Positions 1-15,059 of a stretch of 64,000 nt of DNA are shown piece after piece. Location of the stretch: contig OY986948.1 in NCBI GenBank assembly GCA_963920595.1, forward strand, positions 434,001 to 498,000. Reading direction: 5' to 3'. The stretch is from Eimeria praecox. Taxonomy: Eukaryota. The notes under the pieces were generated by a model. That model ran no database searches and had not been told where the DNA came from. It saw only the letters and a program-made list of their open reading frames with translations. The position numbers and the translations under genes are program-made. The first letter of the stretch is position 1, and every line of letters starts with the position of its first letter.

Positions 1-98
1 GCAGTTGAACCTATGCTTTTGCAATAGAGACAGGAAAAAAGCACAACTGAACAAATCGCATAGGAAACGGAATATTCGTATTGGCTTGTGTCTTGCAG

Positions 99-1164
99 TC
101 GCCTCTGAAATCAATTCCCATGTTGAAAATATCGGTGCTCGCCGTCTCCACACCATAATTGAGAAGTAAGCCCCCAGCAGCACACTGTAAACCCTCAGTT
201 GTATACTGTAATTCCTTTGCTGTATACTGTAAAACCGAATCTGTATACCAGAAAGCCTCAAGCAAAAACTGTAAACCTTCAACTGTGTACTGTAAACCCT
301 CAGCTGTCCCCTGCATGCGGAAAAAGCTCCAAGTGGCGCTGTCCCACTGTGCGTTTGGCCTTCTTGCGATCCATAGTGTACTTAGCGTCTATGTGCATAC
401 AATCCTTGAAGTCTACCTGCATACAGTACTGTAAACCTAAAAGCGTTTAACGCGTAAAGTCTAAACTCGTACATTACTTAAAATATGGGCGGGCACAGTA
501 CTTGAAGCCTATGTGCGAATGATGCCCAAAACCTAGCTAAATACAGTACTTAAAGCTTAACCCCTAATCTTGCATCGTTGGGGAGCGAGGTTTAGGGCTG
601 AGCGCTTTCAAAGAACATTTACAGGATGATAGCGTGCTTTCTTGCTTTTCTTTGCTCATCTTGTTATTTTGTGTCATATATTTGGTTTTCACGTCAGTTA
701 CTTTGTTGGTTGTGTTTGACTTTGCTTCCTGCCTTCTTTATCATTCAGAGTATTGGAAGATATAAACCTTAACGCCGCTCTTCAGCCGCCTGGCACCACG
801 TCAGCCTGCAACACAAGCCCTAAGCCCTAGACCCTGAACTACAAACTCTGAAGACTAAACCCTAGACCTTAGCCCTTGATACGCAATTCAGCATGGAGCA
901 CCTTACTACTGTGTGGTTTCCTGTCTTCGTTAGTGGCTCTTGCTTATGCTTTTTGCCTCCTGTTGTCCTTTGGTTTGCTATACTTTTCTGCTGTTGCATT
1001 TTCCCCTGTTGTTGCTCACATTCCAGGCTACTTCATTTAAACTGTTTAGCGGGTCGGTTGATCTGTTTGTTTGTTTACGCAGGGTGCTGGTGGATCGGCA
1101 GCGCGTGATAGACAGCGTTAAAGGAATGCGCCTTCCCTTTGATCCTTCTCGTTTCATGTTATAG
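99..1164 (+). CDS. hslU: HslU/ClpY ATPase subunit of the HslUV protease (mitochondrial type), last three exons; gene starts before the window
   Basis: Exons 99-165, 749-799 and 1083-1164 join in phase through GT-AG introns to give ...ASEINSHVENIGARRLHTIIEK-VLEDINLNAALQPPGTT-VLVDRQRVIDSVKGMRLPFDPSRFML*. ENIGARRLHT is the HslU C-terminal signature, and the terminal (D)xSRF(I/M)L tail is the HslV-activating peptide. Confidence 0.93.
186..306. repeat. Degenerate 21-bp minisatellite (about 6 copies) in an HslU intron
   Basis: Units such as ctgtaaaccctcagttgtata, ctgtaattcctttgctgtata, ctgtaaaaccgaatctgtata and ctgtaaaccttcaactgtgta. They explain the spurious 7-aa periodic ORF at 11..316. Confidence 0.8.
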
Positions 1165-1971
1165 TTGTGCCTGTGCTTTTTCTAAACGATTCTTTTTTTG
1201 TTTTACCTCCTTCCCAAATCCGGATCTACACGCATGCTGCAGTGTTCAACTGTGCCTGCTCCAAGCTATGCCCTTAACCCTAAAAGCGGCAAACCCTAGC
1301 GGCTGATGAAGGAAAGGATTGTGGCGAGAATGCGTGAAGCCGATTTCTACTTGTTGATATAAACCGAAGACTGGTTGTTTGGTTGACTGCTGTGACCAGT
1401 GAACTGCCAATGCCTTTTAAATAAGACAGTGGGAGGATACGTTAAAAAGCCACGCAAACGCAGATAGAGCCAAATGCTACAGGGCAACGCCCTCAGGCAA
1501 AACACCTGGAGCTGAAGATACGCAGACCAAAACAAAGACAAAGTGTTCTAGAAAGGTTGAAGGGGTGGCCCGTGAAACTGCACATGGACATCCCTGCCAT
1601 TAAGGAAAGACGCTGTAGTCGCTTACTACCCACAAATCCAAGTGGGAGAAGAAGGGGCCATAGGGGCCCCCTGAGGGTATGTGGTCCTCTGTTTTAAAGG
1701 GCCACCATATTATTGGGACCCCCGTACCTTCAGCGTGTCGCTGAGCCTTCCCGCCGCATCACTAACAGGCTCAGAAGGCCAAGCTAACTGAAATATATTC
1801 TTTTTGTTGCTGTATCTTGATTTTTGTGTTCACTGTTGTGGCAACTAGTACTGAAAATGTGTGAAAAAGTCCATCACGGATTCCTCTGGGGCTTGGGAAC
1901 TGTACAAAGCCTCTTGACAAAGAAACGAGCGCAGAGAGGAAGAACAGCAAGCAATGGCACCCATCATCCTA

Positions 1972-4900
1972 TCACCAGTCGTTGCTAAGATGGAGACGAT
2001 GCAGAGTCTCCTGCAGCACTTCCACTTCTTTCTTAACCTTTGCCCTGCGATAGAAAATTGGACAATCCCGGTTAATGCAAATCACATCTTGCAGCATTGA
2101 GCCTTGACACCTGCACAAACACAGCGCAATCAGCACAAGAGACAAGCAAGCACAATAACACAGCATGCAGCAGAACGCAACAAGAAAGAAATACTCACAA
2201 TAAGAAAACAACAGCAACACACAAATAGGGAAATAAAACTCAAACTAACAACTAGCAGCACCTCTCCTCGCTTGACTGAATATTAACAAGAAGAGGTGTG
2301 AGCAGGCTTGCACATTGGTGCAAAACGTTTGGGCATGCCTATATAACGTATCCTACCTAAACTAGAATGCGAAGATGCATGCAAATATGACTCCCCTGAA
2401 GGAGTATATTAAACCATGAAAGGGAAACGTAATGACACTGCAGCTGCCCTACTGGTAGCAACTAAATCTTAGAGATAAGCCAACACTCGCTAATACCAAA
2501 CACTTTACTTCAGTTGTATCGGCACACAGACAAACACACTCTACGAATGGATACACCTGCCTAGTCTGAGACTATGCCATTTCAACGAACTTCCGAAGAA
2601 GATTATCCAGAAGAAAAAGAATACTCTTCTTCCTCACCTCTGACACTCTGTCCACAGAGCGTTATGCTCGCGTTCCAATGCCTGTACTTCAGATGCCTTC
2701 GCTGCGGCTATCTGCAGGGAGCCAGAATAAACGAACAAAACAGCTGAAACGACATTCACCTTTGTTCAAATGTACAGATGCGCTTGCGCACAAACGTTAT
2801 TATATGCACATATATATGTAGACAGATGAAACAATCATAAAAAGAGTAAGTACGATGCGGAGAGGCAAGATGCACCGCGGCCTAACTAATACGGTTACTG
2901 CATGCACAAGCCCAACCCGACATCGGACGCCTTCAAGATGTGCATGTATGCACAGGATACCTCACACACGAATTTGGAGTGGCTTACTTCTCCCTCTTTC
3001 GACTGGCAGTGCTTGCAAAGCGCCCCTTCGGTAATGGTAACGCGGCAGCCGACACACTGAACCCCCTTCTTGATGAACTTCGCCATGGCGCCTTGACTTG
3101 AGACAGTTACAGTCTTCTTCAAAGTGTGCAGACCGGCTGAAGCACAGCCAAACAGATCCAGAAAAGAACGTTCAAAGAAGCCAATGTCACGCACTGCTCC
3201 CATGCACAGGCAGCAATACATTGACTGCAACGCATTTAATGGTCGCAATGGTCATGACTGCGGCGCTGACGCTCGCACGATATGCTCAAAGTAGTAATTA
3301 GTATAAGGAGTGAGAGCTACAATAAAAATCCAAACTAGTAGACATAAAGAGCAAATTGAATGCATGGGTAGTGGAGGTTGGGCTCCTTACTGATTGGAGG
3401 CCCAACAACAACACAACCAATAAAGACAACAATGCAATATAAAAGTAGTGCTAGAAGCTACAGAGGGAATAACAGCGAGAAGGGTCAGGAGAATAAAACA
3501 AGCACACGAGTCATAAGAGTAATGATAAGAAAAACCATGCCAGTTGCTGGAACTAACTGAAGAGGCTTTCGGGGTCGTTCATCACGCCCTCAAAGATTCG
3601 CATGAGGGGCCCCTTGAGAGTCTCGAGGTAGTGCTGCGTGTCGATGGGCAAATTGTTTTCTAAAACATACAGCGGGTCTTCAGCTCTCTCGTACTGCGCC
3701 TGTCCCTTAGACCCTTGCACCACGACGTAAGAAATCCGGTCGCCTACGTTGGGTGCTGTACCGGGGTCTGCATACACAAGGGGAGCCCAACGAACAACAG
3801 AAAATACACACGGAAGGACAGATGAACACAACTGCGGATATAATGGCGAAATAAAGATACCTAGAGGCCAAGAGGTCAGCAGGCAGTACAAAAGCACATA
3901 TCACAAAAGACGTGAAGAAACACCCCAGTGCACACAAAATAAAATAACAGATGTACATTAAGAGGCAAAGAAGAGTACCAAGGCGCGACAATCATCAACC
4001 AAAGAACTCGAGTCACCGCACAAGACCCCGCGCAGTTCCATGCCCCTTGCTTATTTCTGCGACTAATGGGCTGGACTGAGCGCTGCTTGGTTTCGCCTTT
4101 TTAAACAAATCTAAAGTGAGGGCCTCACCCCGCTTCCTTAGTTTCTTGGCCAACTCCACATGAGGGAGTTTCGTGTCATAGTCCAGCTTGCCGAGACTTT
4201 TGGTTTGAACCAACAGACTGAGGTCTATCTTGTTCTGCAGTAAAGAAGGCGCATAGAGGACACTGAAATACTTCTTTAGTTCAGCTGCATTCTTCTGGTT
4301 ATGCTGTAGTGCAGATATATGCCTTCCGATTACTCAGCTTCTGTTTATTTGATGATGCTTGTTTCTCTGGTGCCGTACGGAACTCCTTGTGTTTGCCTGA
4401 GGTTTTCTTACTGCTTAAACAATACGGGAGACACTAGCATGCATATATATTTTGTTTATTCGCTTGTCGGTTTGTTTACCTGCAGGAGTTCCGCAATCTT
4501 ATTGCGTGTATAGGCCTTGGCGTTCTCCACGTCTTTGTCTATTAGCATTTTCTTCAGCACTGTGTCTACCATTATTTGAACCAACATCGAGAAGTCTCGA
4601 CGCACTGTCTGCAAGTAGACAGAGTGCCAGAAAATAAAATCAAGAGTAAAACCATCATGTGTAACACGCAAAAGCACAAAAGCATACAACTCAGTAAACA
4701 AGCAGCAAAAGCCAAAAGACTTAACAACACTTGAGACCGGAGAAAAAGCAAGGACACAAGGCTGCGGACAGAGAGCAGAAGCAAACACATGAACACATTT
4801 GAGAAGAGAAACAAACAAAGGAAAATAACAAATGAATATTCACAAGAGAGCGAGTTAAGCTGAAGTGGTCTAGCAGGTTGATGGCTTCACCTCAATGCCC

Positions 4901-7900
4901 TTGGAGTCGATTTTGTCATAGTGGGTGGGGTTTGTGTACAGAAGACCGGCGTAACGCTTCTTGTTCATGAGTAAGAAAGGACAATACACTTTCTCAAATT
5001 CTAGCTTTATAGGACGAATAAACTCCCCGCTTATTTTGTTCGCTGCCTCACGGCCTAAACAACAAGGGCACGCATACTTATACAACGCCTGTGCAGCAAA
5101 GCCGTCTGCCGGCTACTTGATCGTTTTGCTGAGTGGTTTGCTATTCGCTTGCTTATTTGGCTGTTCTTAGGAGGACAAGCAGCAAAAACGAAGTACACGC
5201 AAAGGCAGGGCGGAACAAAACCAACGCAGATTCCGCAGGCCAAACAAAACCCTAAAAGCGGTATGTAAAGCCGACGAGCTTTGTTTTCATGCCCCTGTTC
5301 TACATGCTGTATATGCATACATAATAGCAAACAAATGAAATAAAAAGAAGCAATGGAAACTGTTGCTAACCCAATTTCATAGCCTCTTCAATAGATGTCG
5401 TGCCAAAGCGAATCATGACAGAATCGGTGTCACCGTAGACAACCACGGCGTTATGTTCATAGCCATTGGCCTTTGTGTACAACTCCTCCACCCTTCGCTT
5501 GGTGTATTCAATCATATCTCTCCCGAAACACGTGATAGACGTTGCCACCTCTAAGCAAGGTAGCTGGCCCCCGACCTGCACAAAGCACAAACAAACCCAG
5601 AAGCACACAGCGAGCAAAATGCGCATCATTCCCTGCAGGAGGTTATAAAGAAAAATACGGCAATGTGAAGATGAAAAAGACAACAGCAGACGCAAACACC
5701 GGGAGAACAGGCAAACCGAAGAGAATGGCCAGCAACAAAGCCGTCAGTGCATTTGTCTGGAACATTCACATTATATACAAAAAAATACAGATACAATGCA
5801 TATGCTTAAATCAAATTAACAGGCATAAGCAAGCAGATACACAAAGCAAGCAAGTACAAGCAAATACAAGCAACTTCAGCACGCAACAGAAACAGAACAA
5901 CAGGCAGCTAAACAACGCAAAAACAACAGCAACCACAGCAGCAATAACTAGTGCTGCTGCTACTAGGTACTACTACTGCTGCAAGCAGCAAACACCAGCC
6001 AACAAACAGCAGTAGCAACAACACGGATGTTTAGCGGCATACCGTGGCACCGGTGTATCCGTAGACGCTGTTGGCTGTGATTTTAAGGGCGAGTTGTCTG
6101 CCATTGAGGACACTTTTCATGAATTTGTCTTCTGCTTTGCTCATTTCCGCCTTTGCCACTTTGCGAGCTGCAATAAGCTCTTCAACAATCATAGGAAGAA
6201 CGCCGCGTCGTACCGACGCCTTCACAAATGTGTGCCGCGGGCTACTAGTTGTGTGCGTCACCTGCAAACCCAAAGCATGCAACGGCAGAGCAACAGTAGC
6301 AGCGGTCAAGGCAGCAGCAGGACCAGCAGCCGATGCTGCAGCAGCAGCGGTGAAAAAAGAAGTGGGTCAGTAGGAAGAGCAGAACTAACAATAGCTCGAA
6401 CACCGCGATCAAAAAAGCAACAGCAACAGCAAAATGAAGCTTTAACATCACTGCCGCTGCCCTCCCCTCTATAAACCTGTTGCATCCTATTCGTCTGACA
6501 GTTAACTTGCTCATTTGGCTTTTCTCGATTGTTAAACCATTCGTCTGTTCACTATTCTGTCTGTGCTTTGTTTAGGAAACGAATGCAACTGCAGCGGCTC
6601 ACAAGCGCAGGTTGGAGTGAATGCACATCTCCTCCTTTTACGAGAGTGCTGTAGCAGATGTTGTGGGCCATCATAATTGAAGGATACAGAGAAGCAAAAT
6701 CTAAAGTAGAGATGGGCATATTGTAAAACCCCTTCAGCGGCTCCAACACTGTCGCTCCCTCGTACTTGTCGTCGCGGTCGCCCCCTACGCGCTGCAGACA
6801 GGCAGAAGCACAGCGGCATCAGAGGAGGGCCAGCACATTGACAGGCAAATTAGTTATTAATCGAAGAACAAATTAATTGAGGCTTTAGGGGTGAAGGCGA
6901 GCACTATCTAAGGGCAAACGATTCAACTACAAGCAAACAAGCAAACAAGCCAAAAAATGAACAGGGCAGCACAATACTTGCGTGTTAAGGTAGAACAAGC
7001 AAGCAAACACAATCCAAACAAGCATGCGGCCTCTATACACGCAACAGCGTCCCGCCACCAAACACGAACTGTTGCGCTTGTGCTATACGCCTAGTCGCCT
7101 CAGGGGATGTTGTTTAGGCACTGCGGCTGTGGGTTTGAAGTTCGTTCTTCTCTCGAAGCTGCATCGCCGGCTCTACAACTAAGTGATTCCTTAAAACGGC
7201 AGAGGGGTGTAATGCACCGGCATTTGTTAGGGCTTAGGGCTTATTGGTGCACTTCTAGCATTTAGGGAGTAGGACTGAGCACTGCGGGCAAGAGTTGAGG
7301 ATATCAATCCTTAGGATTCCAGGGTTTATGGCTTCAAAGCCTGGCATTTCATTCGGGGTTTAGGGCTTCAGGCTTTGGAGGTTTGCGGTTTAGCATTTAC
7401 CTTGACGGAGGGCACGACGTAGTGCAGCTGTCTACACTTGCGAAGAAGCTGGGAAGTGACTTTGATTTGCTGGCCTCTGAATGCAGCAACGCACATTTTG
7501 TTTAGCAATCCTTGTGTTAGAGGCAACTGTCAGACAAATGTGCAGGAGAGGTGTAAATGAAGAGGAAGAGTTAGGTTGGATTGGAGTGTACAGGCACCTC
7601 GTAAGCAGGTAAGTGAGAGGAGTGCCTGTAACGCGGCTCATTTCAACATAGTTGAAGAGAAAAAGCAGTTTATTCAGCAGCCTCAGAGGCAGCAGGGCGT
7701 CCTTCAGGCAGTAAACGGCTATGCGGCGCCTGGTGGTAGGCGAGCCCCTGAAGAGGTCTCCTATCATGCTGTAGTGCACGTCTTCCTAAGAAAACACAGC
7801 ATTGCATCGAGCATGTTTAATCTAACCAGGGTGCAGGAGATGCTCTCTCTCCAAATGAAGCAGAAATACAAGTATAACTCAGCCGAAACGGGCAGACAGA

Positions 7901-10900
7901 GGACCGACAAAGGAGCTAAGATGAAGAGGACATGAGGAAACCCAGCGGCAAACGGAGGGACTGAGCGATGGAGTAAGCAAAAATAAGAGTCACACAAGAA
8001 AATGCGAACAAAAGACACATAAAAGAACTTGAACGCAAGATAAACAAAGCAACCAGCACGCAAACAAAGCAACCAGCAAGCAAACAAGCCCACACAAAAA
8101 TAAAGAAACAAACGAAGAATATCCCTTGTGGTGGTGCTGACTGACCTTTTGCTCCTTAAGGAATTCAGAGGAGACGAAGTTGAGGGAATAACTCTTTAGT
8201 TTGTGATCTCGACGGACAAGCTCCAATACATCGAACTGCACACGACCCTCTACAGGGATCTCCTTGTTGTCATGCGTGCCCAGCGCTCTAAGAACAAACC
8301 AACCTTAAACCCTAAACCCTAAGCCCTAAACTACAAACGGCGCAGGCATGCAGATCTTGGAAACAAGCAAGGATATTTGCCCTCGGGCCAAAGGTTTAGG
8401 GCGTAGAGTTTGGGGTTTGCTGCACCTGGAGCTGAAGCGAGTGTCTGAAATGCGGGACTCGAAGGCCTTCAGACGAGAAAGGGAACTGACGCCCTCCGCC
8501 TTGATAGCAGCTGCCCTCGTTAGGAGATAACACAAATCGAAGTTGATGCAGTTATAACCCGTAAGAAAGTCAGGGTCTACCTGCAGACACACTCCAACGC
8601 ACACGAGAATGCCAAGGTCTGCTGAGTGTACGCTCAATACAGAGCCGCAAACAAAGGCAAGGAAAACCGACAAAAACCAAACACTGACAGACAAGCCACA
8701 GCATACTCAAATGCAGACAAATACATAAAATAATAATAAACTGAAAATCCCAGAGCAGCCAACGTCAGCACAAACGCGTGCACTTAAAGAAGCGGGTATG
8801 ACGACCCACGACAAGCAGACAGGATGACGACACATGAAGGCAAATCGAAGAAACTCGAACTTTAGAAGAAAGCAACTAACTCGTTCCGTCCCCTATCTAT
8901 GTCACAGGGTCTGCCAGCCAATGCAAACACCTACAAGTGCAAATGCATATATACATATTAAATCTATTTACACGTATATAAAAAGCAACAACGGAAGGGC
9001 GATGGGCGAGATACACCGGGACGCGCGATACAGAAGACACACAAACATAAAATGTGCCGAAGGCAGAAAAGAAAGCAGGAAAGCACCAACACACAAAAGA
9101 GCAAACTAGGACGAAGCAAGACACAAGCAAAATGGCAAAAGACAGAAAAGCAAGGAGCTAATGAAGCAGGCAGAAGAACGAGCGAAGAGACAAGCAAACG
9201 AAGAAACAGAGAGACAAAGAAACAGGCAAACAAAGCAACAAAAAACAGACAAACAAGCATGCATGCAGGCAAACCATGAGAAACGCAAGCAGAGAATCAA
9301 ACAAATGCACCGGTGAGAACGCAGCAGCCGGAGTGTCAACGTAAACGCATTCCCAGAGCAAGGCAGTAAGAAAGGGCGGCTACCCCATTCCAAGCTTCTT
9401 TCTTTCGTGCTTACCTCTCTGACAAACTCTGCCCATTTTACCAGCATCTCTGCCTCATCTTCAAACCAAAAGACCCACGCCCCAGCAATTGGTGCGCATT
9501 CATTGAGTGCAAATATCACGCGGCATAGCGGCTGATCTGTTGCATCACTGGCACTTGCTGCTGATGATGATTTGTCCTTGTTGGCCTTCTCCCGTCGCTG
9601 CTCCTCTACAATAGAGGATATCTGAATTACAGGATCCTCCTGCGCCTCCGGGAAGCCCTGGCCAACTGCCTTCACGCACTCAATATCTGTACACCCCAGA
9701 CAAAAAACTTACTGAAAGAGTTGAGAGCGTACGATCAACGAAACCAGATATACAGGAAGAAAACACAAGCAACACACGAAATGATACAAAAAATCCAAAC
9801 TGAAGGGGGGAGAAAGCTGGATGACAACAACGACTAAGCAAAGGTAAACCAACGCCACGACAACAGAAAAAATAGAAACAGAGACGAGCAAATAGACGAT
9901 GCCTCCCAGAAAAAGTGCGGCCAAAATACTGGAAATGCCATAACAGAACATCCAAAACAAATTGCAAAGAAACCAAAAACAACGTGAAAAACCTGAGCTC
10001 GAGACAAACCATCCGCAGGTGTTTGATCTGTTGGCTGATCAGATGCAAACATATTTACAGGCAATGCCATCTCGAGAGAGCCGCCAGTTTCGCAGGCGCT
10101 GAGTTTTTGTATACGCAGAGAGACATCATGTGCATGCAGAGGCAAGCACTCAGAGCGACTAACCGAAGGACAGCATTCGCAGGGGAGGAAGAGATTGAAA
10201 GTCTCCCTGCAGCGGCAAGGCCTCGATGTCTGCGTAGTGTACATCCACCTCCTCTTGACAACGTGATTCCCGCAGAGAAGGGAGGCGCACTACGTAGCGC
10301 CCTTTCTTTGCTGCAGCAGGGAGCACACGCATGTGTAAGCACACCCAATAGATAGAACCTGCTACGCCTGCGCTTGAAAAACACGAAGAGGCTTCACACC
10401 AACGTTTGTACACAAAACCAGGCAGACAAAATACGAAGAAATCGTTAGGAGCACAGCTCAATCAAGAGCAGTAAGCAGACACAGCAGCCAGAAGAGGCCG
10501 TGAACATGCGAAGAGGCCCTTAACATGCACGCAACTGAACAGACAACAGACCACGAGAACGCGCGGCCTTAAAAATGATGAAAGAGCCGCCCCGTGTCAG
10601 TGTTTGTACGCGGCCCCCTCCATCTACAATCCTCATGCTTGTACAGAGACGTCGTCTGCAGTGTGTGTAAGGTGGGCGTAATTGTATATGCTAGCAGTTC
10701 TGTTCGAATTCAGTTTGTTTGATGCTGCATGTCAGTTGTTTGGCTCTTAGCTTTGGGCATGGCCATTATCTGTATTGTATTCGCATTCTGGAGTGTCTGC
10801 CATGTGCGTGTGCTTATGAAATAGTTCTTGTTGCTGCTGTTGGCTGTATATACGAGGCGAGACAGCATGTGTTTGAATTGCTGCTGCTGCAGGTTGTGCT

Positions 10901-12206
10901 GCGTTGCAGCATACCTTTGACCCAGCAGCACCCCGTGACTTCGGCGTCCACCATGAAGCGCAGTACGAAGGGAATATTTGCCTCATAGGCTGTGTTAGGC
11001 AGCGTTATATGCTGGCCGCTAGCAGCCCCAAAGCCCTCAGGCACTTGTAGGCGGATGCCACCCTCAATGAAACTGCGAATGCTCCCCACTAACTGCGGAG
11101 AGGCCGCTGTGACTCGAAAGAACAGCTGATGCGCCTTAGAAGGGGAATAGTACATCAAAGACTGCAGCACAACCCCCACAGCAAATGCGCATAGACAGCC
11201 CTCACAATACACATCCACTGAAAAGACTACACAACAGAAAAGCCGCTGCAGTGTTTGGTGCTTTAGCAGTTATTGTTGCAGCAGAAGCTGCAGTCATAAC
11301 GAACGCAACGAGCTTCAATATCCACGGCACTTGAAACCAAACTGAGGATGATCTGCGGCTGCATTCAAACCCGAGATGCAGCCCCAATACAACCAACAAC
11401 GAACAACACCCGACAACAGCCTAAGCGCTTAATGAACTCCAACACACGCAAACCTTCACAGACATGCCGCAAAGCCCATCTCTGCATCGGCCCCAGCAGC
11501 TGCAGCAATAGGAGCAGCAGCGACAGCAGCAACAACAGCCGCAGCATCCTCAAAGGCCCCGGTGAAGAGCCTTAGAAACAGCTCGGGCAGAGCAGCCGCA
11601 TGAAATGGCGCAGGGTGCCCGCAGTCGCACAAACCGAAGTTGTGTTTTTCTCTTGCTTCGTGTGCAGATGATTATCTGTTTTTTGCACGTTGCCGTTTTC
11701 ATTTCAACATGCTGATTTATTTATTTATTATTGTGTTTATTTGGTTTCTTTTGGTCGAATTCCTGTACACGATTATTTACGCTGTACTTGCAATATGCAC
11801 TCTACTTGCAGTATGCTCTCCCCTTTCCACACCAGTTGTCACATGTATGCCAGTTGTTGAGTTTATACCATTCAAATGGCCTATTGCACCAGTTTTATTA
11901 ATTATTTTGTTGCTTGTTTACCTCCTTCTCTTCAAGGCGGACGTCGAGGATGCGTTTTTCAAAAGACTTGCCTTGCGCATGGCTCTTCAGCAGATGGTCC
12001 TGGAAGACAAATATCAGCAGCCTTCAAATTATTAAATCATTTATTTATTTTCCATTGTATCTAAGAACTACATATTTGCAGGCATACTTGGACTGACGTG
12101 TTTATCCATAATCATGCCCTTTCGCCGTGCAGTTTCATGCTCACATTTACATTCATGCTTATACTCAGACCCATGTGCAATGTAAATTTGAAGCTGAATG
12201 CGCGTA

Positions 12207-12279
<73 letters not shown>

Positions 12280-12692
12280 GTAGATGCAGATATAGGGACG
12301 GACAGTCACATTCACATTCGTACACATAATTGTCCTCATATTCATATTCAAATCCATATTTCCATGAATTTTCACATCTATTGATATTTGTGTTCACATT
12401 CACACTCATGCTCATATGTTGTTAGATTAATGCTCCCATGCATACTCAATATTCATGTACATATTCATATTTCGCATCCGCATTCATATTCACCTTCGGG
12501 TGTATATTTGTATTTACATTCATATTTGTATTTATATTCATATTCATATTCACATTCTTATTATATTCGCATTCACATTCACATCCACTTACATATTCCT
12601 ACCCTTACAATGACTCATATTTACCTCGATACTTGCATGCATGCCCAGATGAGCCTTCATAGTGTTTCACATATACAAGCCGAGTGTATGCA

Positions 12693-12748
<56 letters not shown>

Positions 12749-14272
12749 GGTATATATAAGATATATATTAGATATATAGAGGCCAAGGGAGCAGAAAAGG
12801 TACGACAATCTACAAACAAGTGCCTCGACGTGACTACAAGTAGGAGACAGGGCAGAGGTCGATGGCATACATCTATTGCAATGCGAACAGCTTCAGTGAG
12901 GGCATTTTGCTGCCAAGTCGCGCGGCCCTGAGCTGCAGCAGCAGCTGCAGGAGCAGCAGCTCTGATCGCTGCAGCAAGATGCCCAGGGCACTCGAAATAG
13001 CAGTAGGGGAAGAAGCCGTGAACATTACAAACAACTGACTGCCCCCCAGAGGTTACGCCATACAGGCGAACCATCGGAAATGTGGTGTTGCCCCGCCCCG
13101 CCTCTGCTGCAGACAGCGAGGAGGCAGTCAAAATGCTGGGGGGAGGACGAGTTGATGCTGCTCCATTCGCTGCAGTTGAACCCGCGCCGTTAGAGAGAGC
13201 CTCCTGCTGCAGCTGCTGAGGCCGCTGCAAGATCGTATCTGGCACCGAATGCCGAAATGCTGTTGCTGCTGCCACGTCGAGTTGAAAGAAAACTAAAATA
13301 CATAAAACATAAACATATTCACAGAAAACACAAATACATAACTGTACGTTCAACACAAGATGCACAGAAACAAAACACAAGTAACAACGGCAGATACAAC
13401 GCATACATATATACATGAAGGCTCTGATAGAAACTCATTGAAAAACAGATCACTAGGAGGTAAGCAAACACATTTATATTTATATTTATTCCGATATATA
13501 TATATATATATATGTCTATATCGATAAATCTATATATAATATCTGTATGCGTATAGATGACAGATGTAGATATACAAATACAGATATAGATACAGGTATA
13601 GATATAGACATACATATAATGCCCTCGCAAATGCATGCATTATGCATACACAGAATATAATACACAAGCATATCACGCAGACAAAGACAGCACGGGTAGC
13701 TGTTGGCCGCCTGAAGCAGAAGGCGGGGGTGAAGGTAGGGGAGGCTTTCGAGGGATCAAAGGAAGAAACATGACGCACTTAAATCCTCTTGGCCTGCAGC
13801 AGGAGAAACACAAAGAGACAGAGCATGCAGAGCCGTCTACACCCACAATCCCACCGAATAACACCTAATCCCATTGCAGCACCAGTAGATGCTACTGCAA
13901 CTGCTGCAGCAGGTGGAAAGGGCCTCTGCCTCTCAACAAGCTGCAGGGTGGACAGAGGCCAAGTATTTGCGAAGGCAGGCCATAAACAACACAGTCAACA
14001 GCACGCAGATAGCAGCTGTTTATAGTAACCTCTCTTAGAGCTGTTTCTCAGGAAGTGCTTGCAGGGCACATATTCTCACGGGTTCCTCCCGGCGGCCCAG
14101 CCTTTGGGCTGTCTTCGCGGCGCCAGCTCTTCAAGAGTTTCGCCCACATTTCTTCAGCAGCAGCGCGTGAAGGCCCCGACTTCTGAAAGCCCAACACAGA
14201 AGAAGTCAATTCGGCGGGGCCCCCAGGGGCCCCTGGAGGCCCCCCTCCCCGCACGCTAGTCGCCCCGGCCAT
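1972..14272 (-). CDS. POLD1: DNA polymerase delta catalytic subunit, about 20 exons
   Basis: Family-B motifs occur in order across exons: [30 protein letters not shown], ExoI LSF|DIEC, Exo[11 protein letters not shown], ExoIII YCLKDA, motif [12 protein letters not shown], motif [10 protein letters not shown], motif C YGDTDS, LEFEKVY..KKRYAG, CysA CVGC..CKHC and CysB CQ(R)C..CINRDC. Exon 1 is 14080-14272. An exon missing from the ORF track lies at 11922-11999 ([26 protein letters not shown]). The stop is at 1972. Confidence 0.97.
12210..12745. repeat. Two (TA)n microsatellites in a POLD1 intron (about 12210-12276 and 12694-12745)
   Basis: Perfect TA runs visible in the sequence. Confidence 0.9.
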
Positions 14273-15059
14273 CCTCCCCAGGCCTCAGGGCGTGACAACT
14301 AAGGCGTAGGCTGTGAAGATCAACACGCGAGAGAAGATAATGAAAGGAGGCAGCGCTGCACCAATCCTCCTCAATGGAAACAAGAGGGATATGCCCTGAA
14401 AGACAGAGAAGACAACAGTGTCTTGGGGAGAACGAGCGGTTCTACGACTTGAAGTGGGCCAGGGGGGGTCCCTTTGCCTGTAATACCAATAGACAGGAAG
14501 GAAATCAGATGGTTATTAAAAAAACACCCTCAACAATAAAAATAGAGGCGCCTCGTTGCTTCAGGGCCCTCGAGTTGTCGGAACAAATCATACACACCGA
14601 TCAGCACGGGAGTTGGCGGGCGATTTTCTCGCTAAAACTTTAAACTCTGCAGAACTTCAGATGAAATCAAAGCGCGAAAGACTGACATAATAATGGAGAA
14701 GAAAGCAGAGAAGGATTCAAATGCCGACGCCGACCGAATCGACCCGGTGGAAACACAACACCGCCAGAGCGCGAAGGGTGGCTGGAAGTGATTTCTCGTG
14801 TTTTTTAGCGCATTTTGGCGTCTTAGTAGAGTTAAATAACCAAATAACATTTCCTGATTACTGCTTCTACCAAAATTGTCCCATCTAAACTGAATAAGCC
14901 GTGCGGGGTTGTTTTTCGCTGCTCCTCGAGCGCATGCAGTAGCCTCTGCTATTCGCTGCTGTTCATCTTCTGTTAACGAAACAAAGGAGGAGTCGGCGGC
15001 GCTCCACACACATTTTCCTTCCACTCTACTGCTTCATCTCCTTTGTTCACTCTAACCCA

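Noticed and set aside
186..306. Regularly spaced repeat as a CRISPR array or a 7-aa repeat protein (ORF 11..316)
   Set aside because: The units are tandem without unique spacers and lie in a eukaryotic intron, and the ORF is antisense to an HslU exon.
11640..12035. 131-aa hydrophobic ORF on +
   Set aside because: It is antisense to a POLD1 intron and to the POLD1 exon at 11922-11999. The hydrophobicity reflects T-rich sequence.
14632..15024. 130-aa ORF on - between POLD1 and the carrier
   Set aside because: It has a non-ATG start and no recognisable features, and lies in the divergent promoter/UTR interval.
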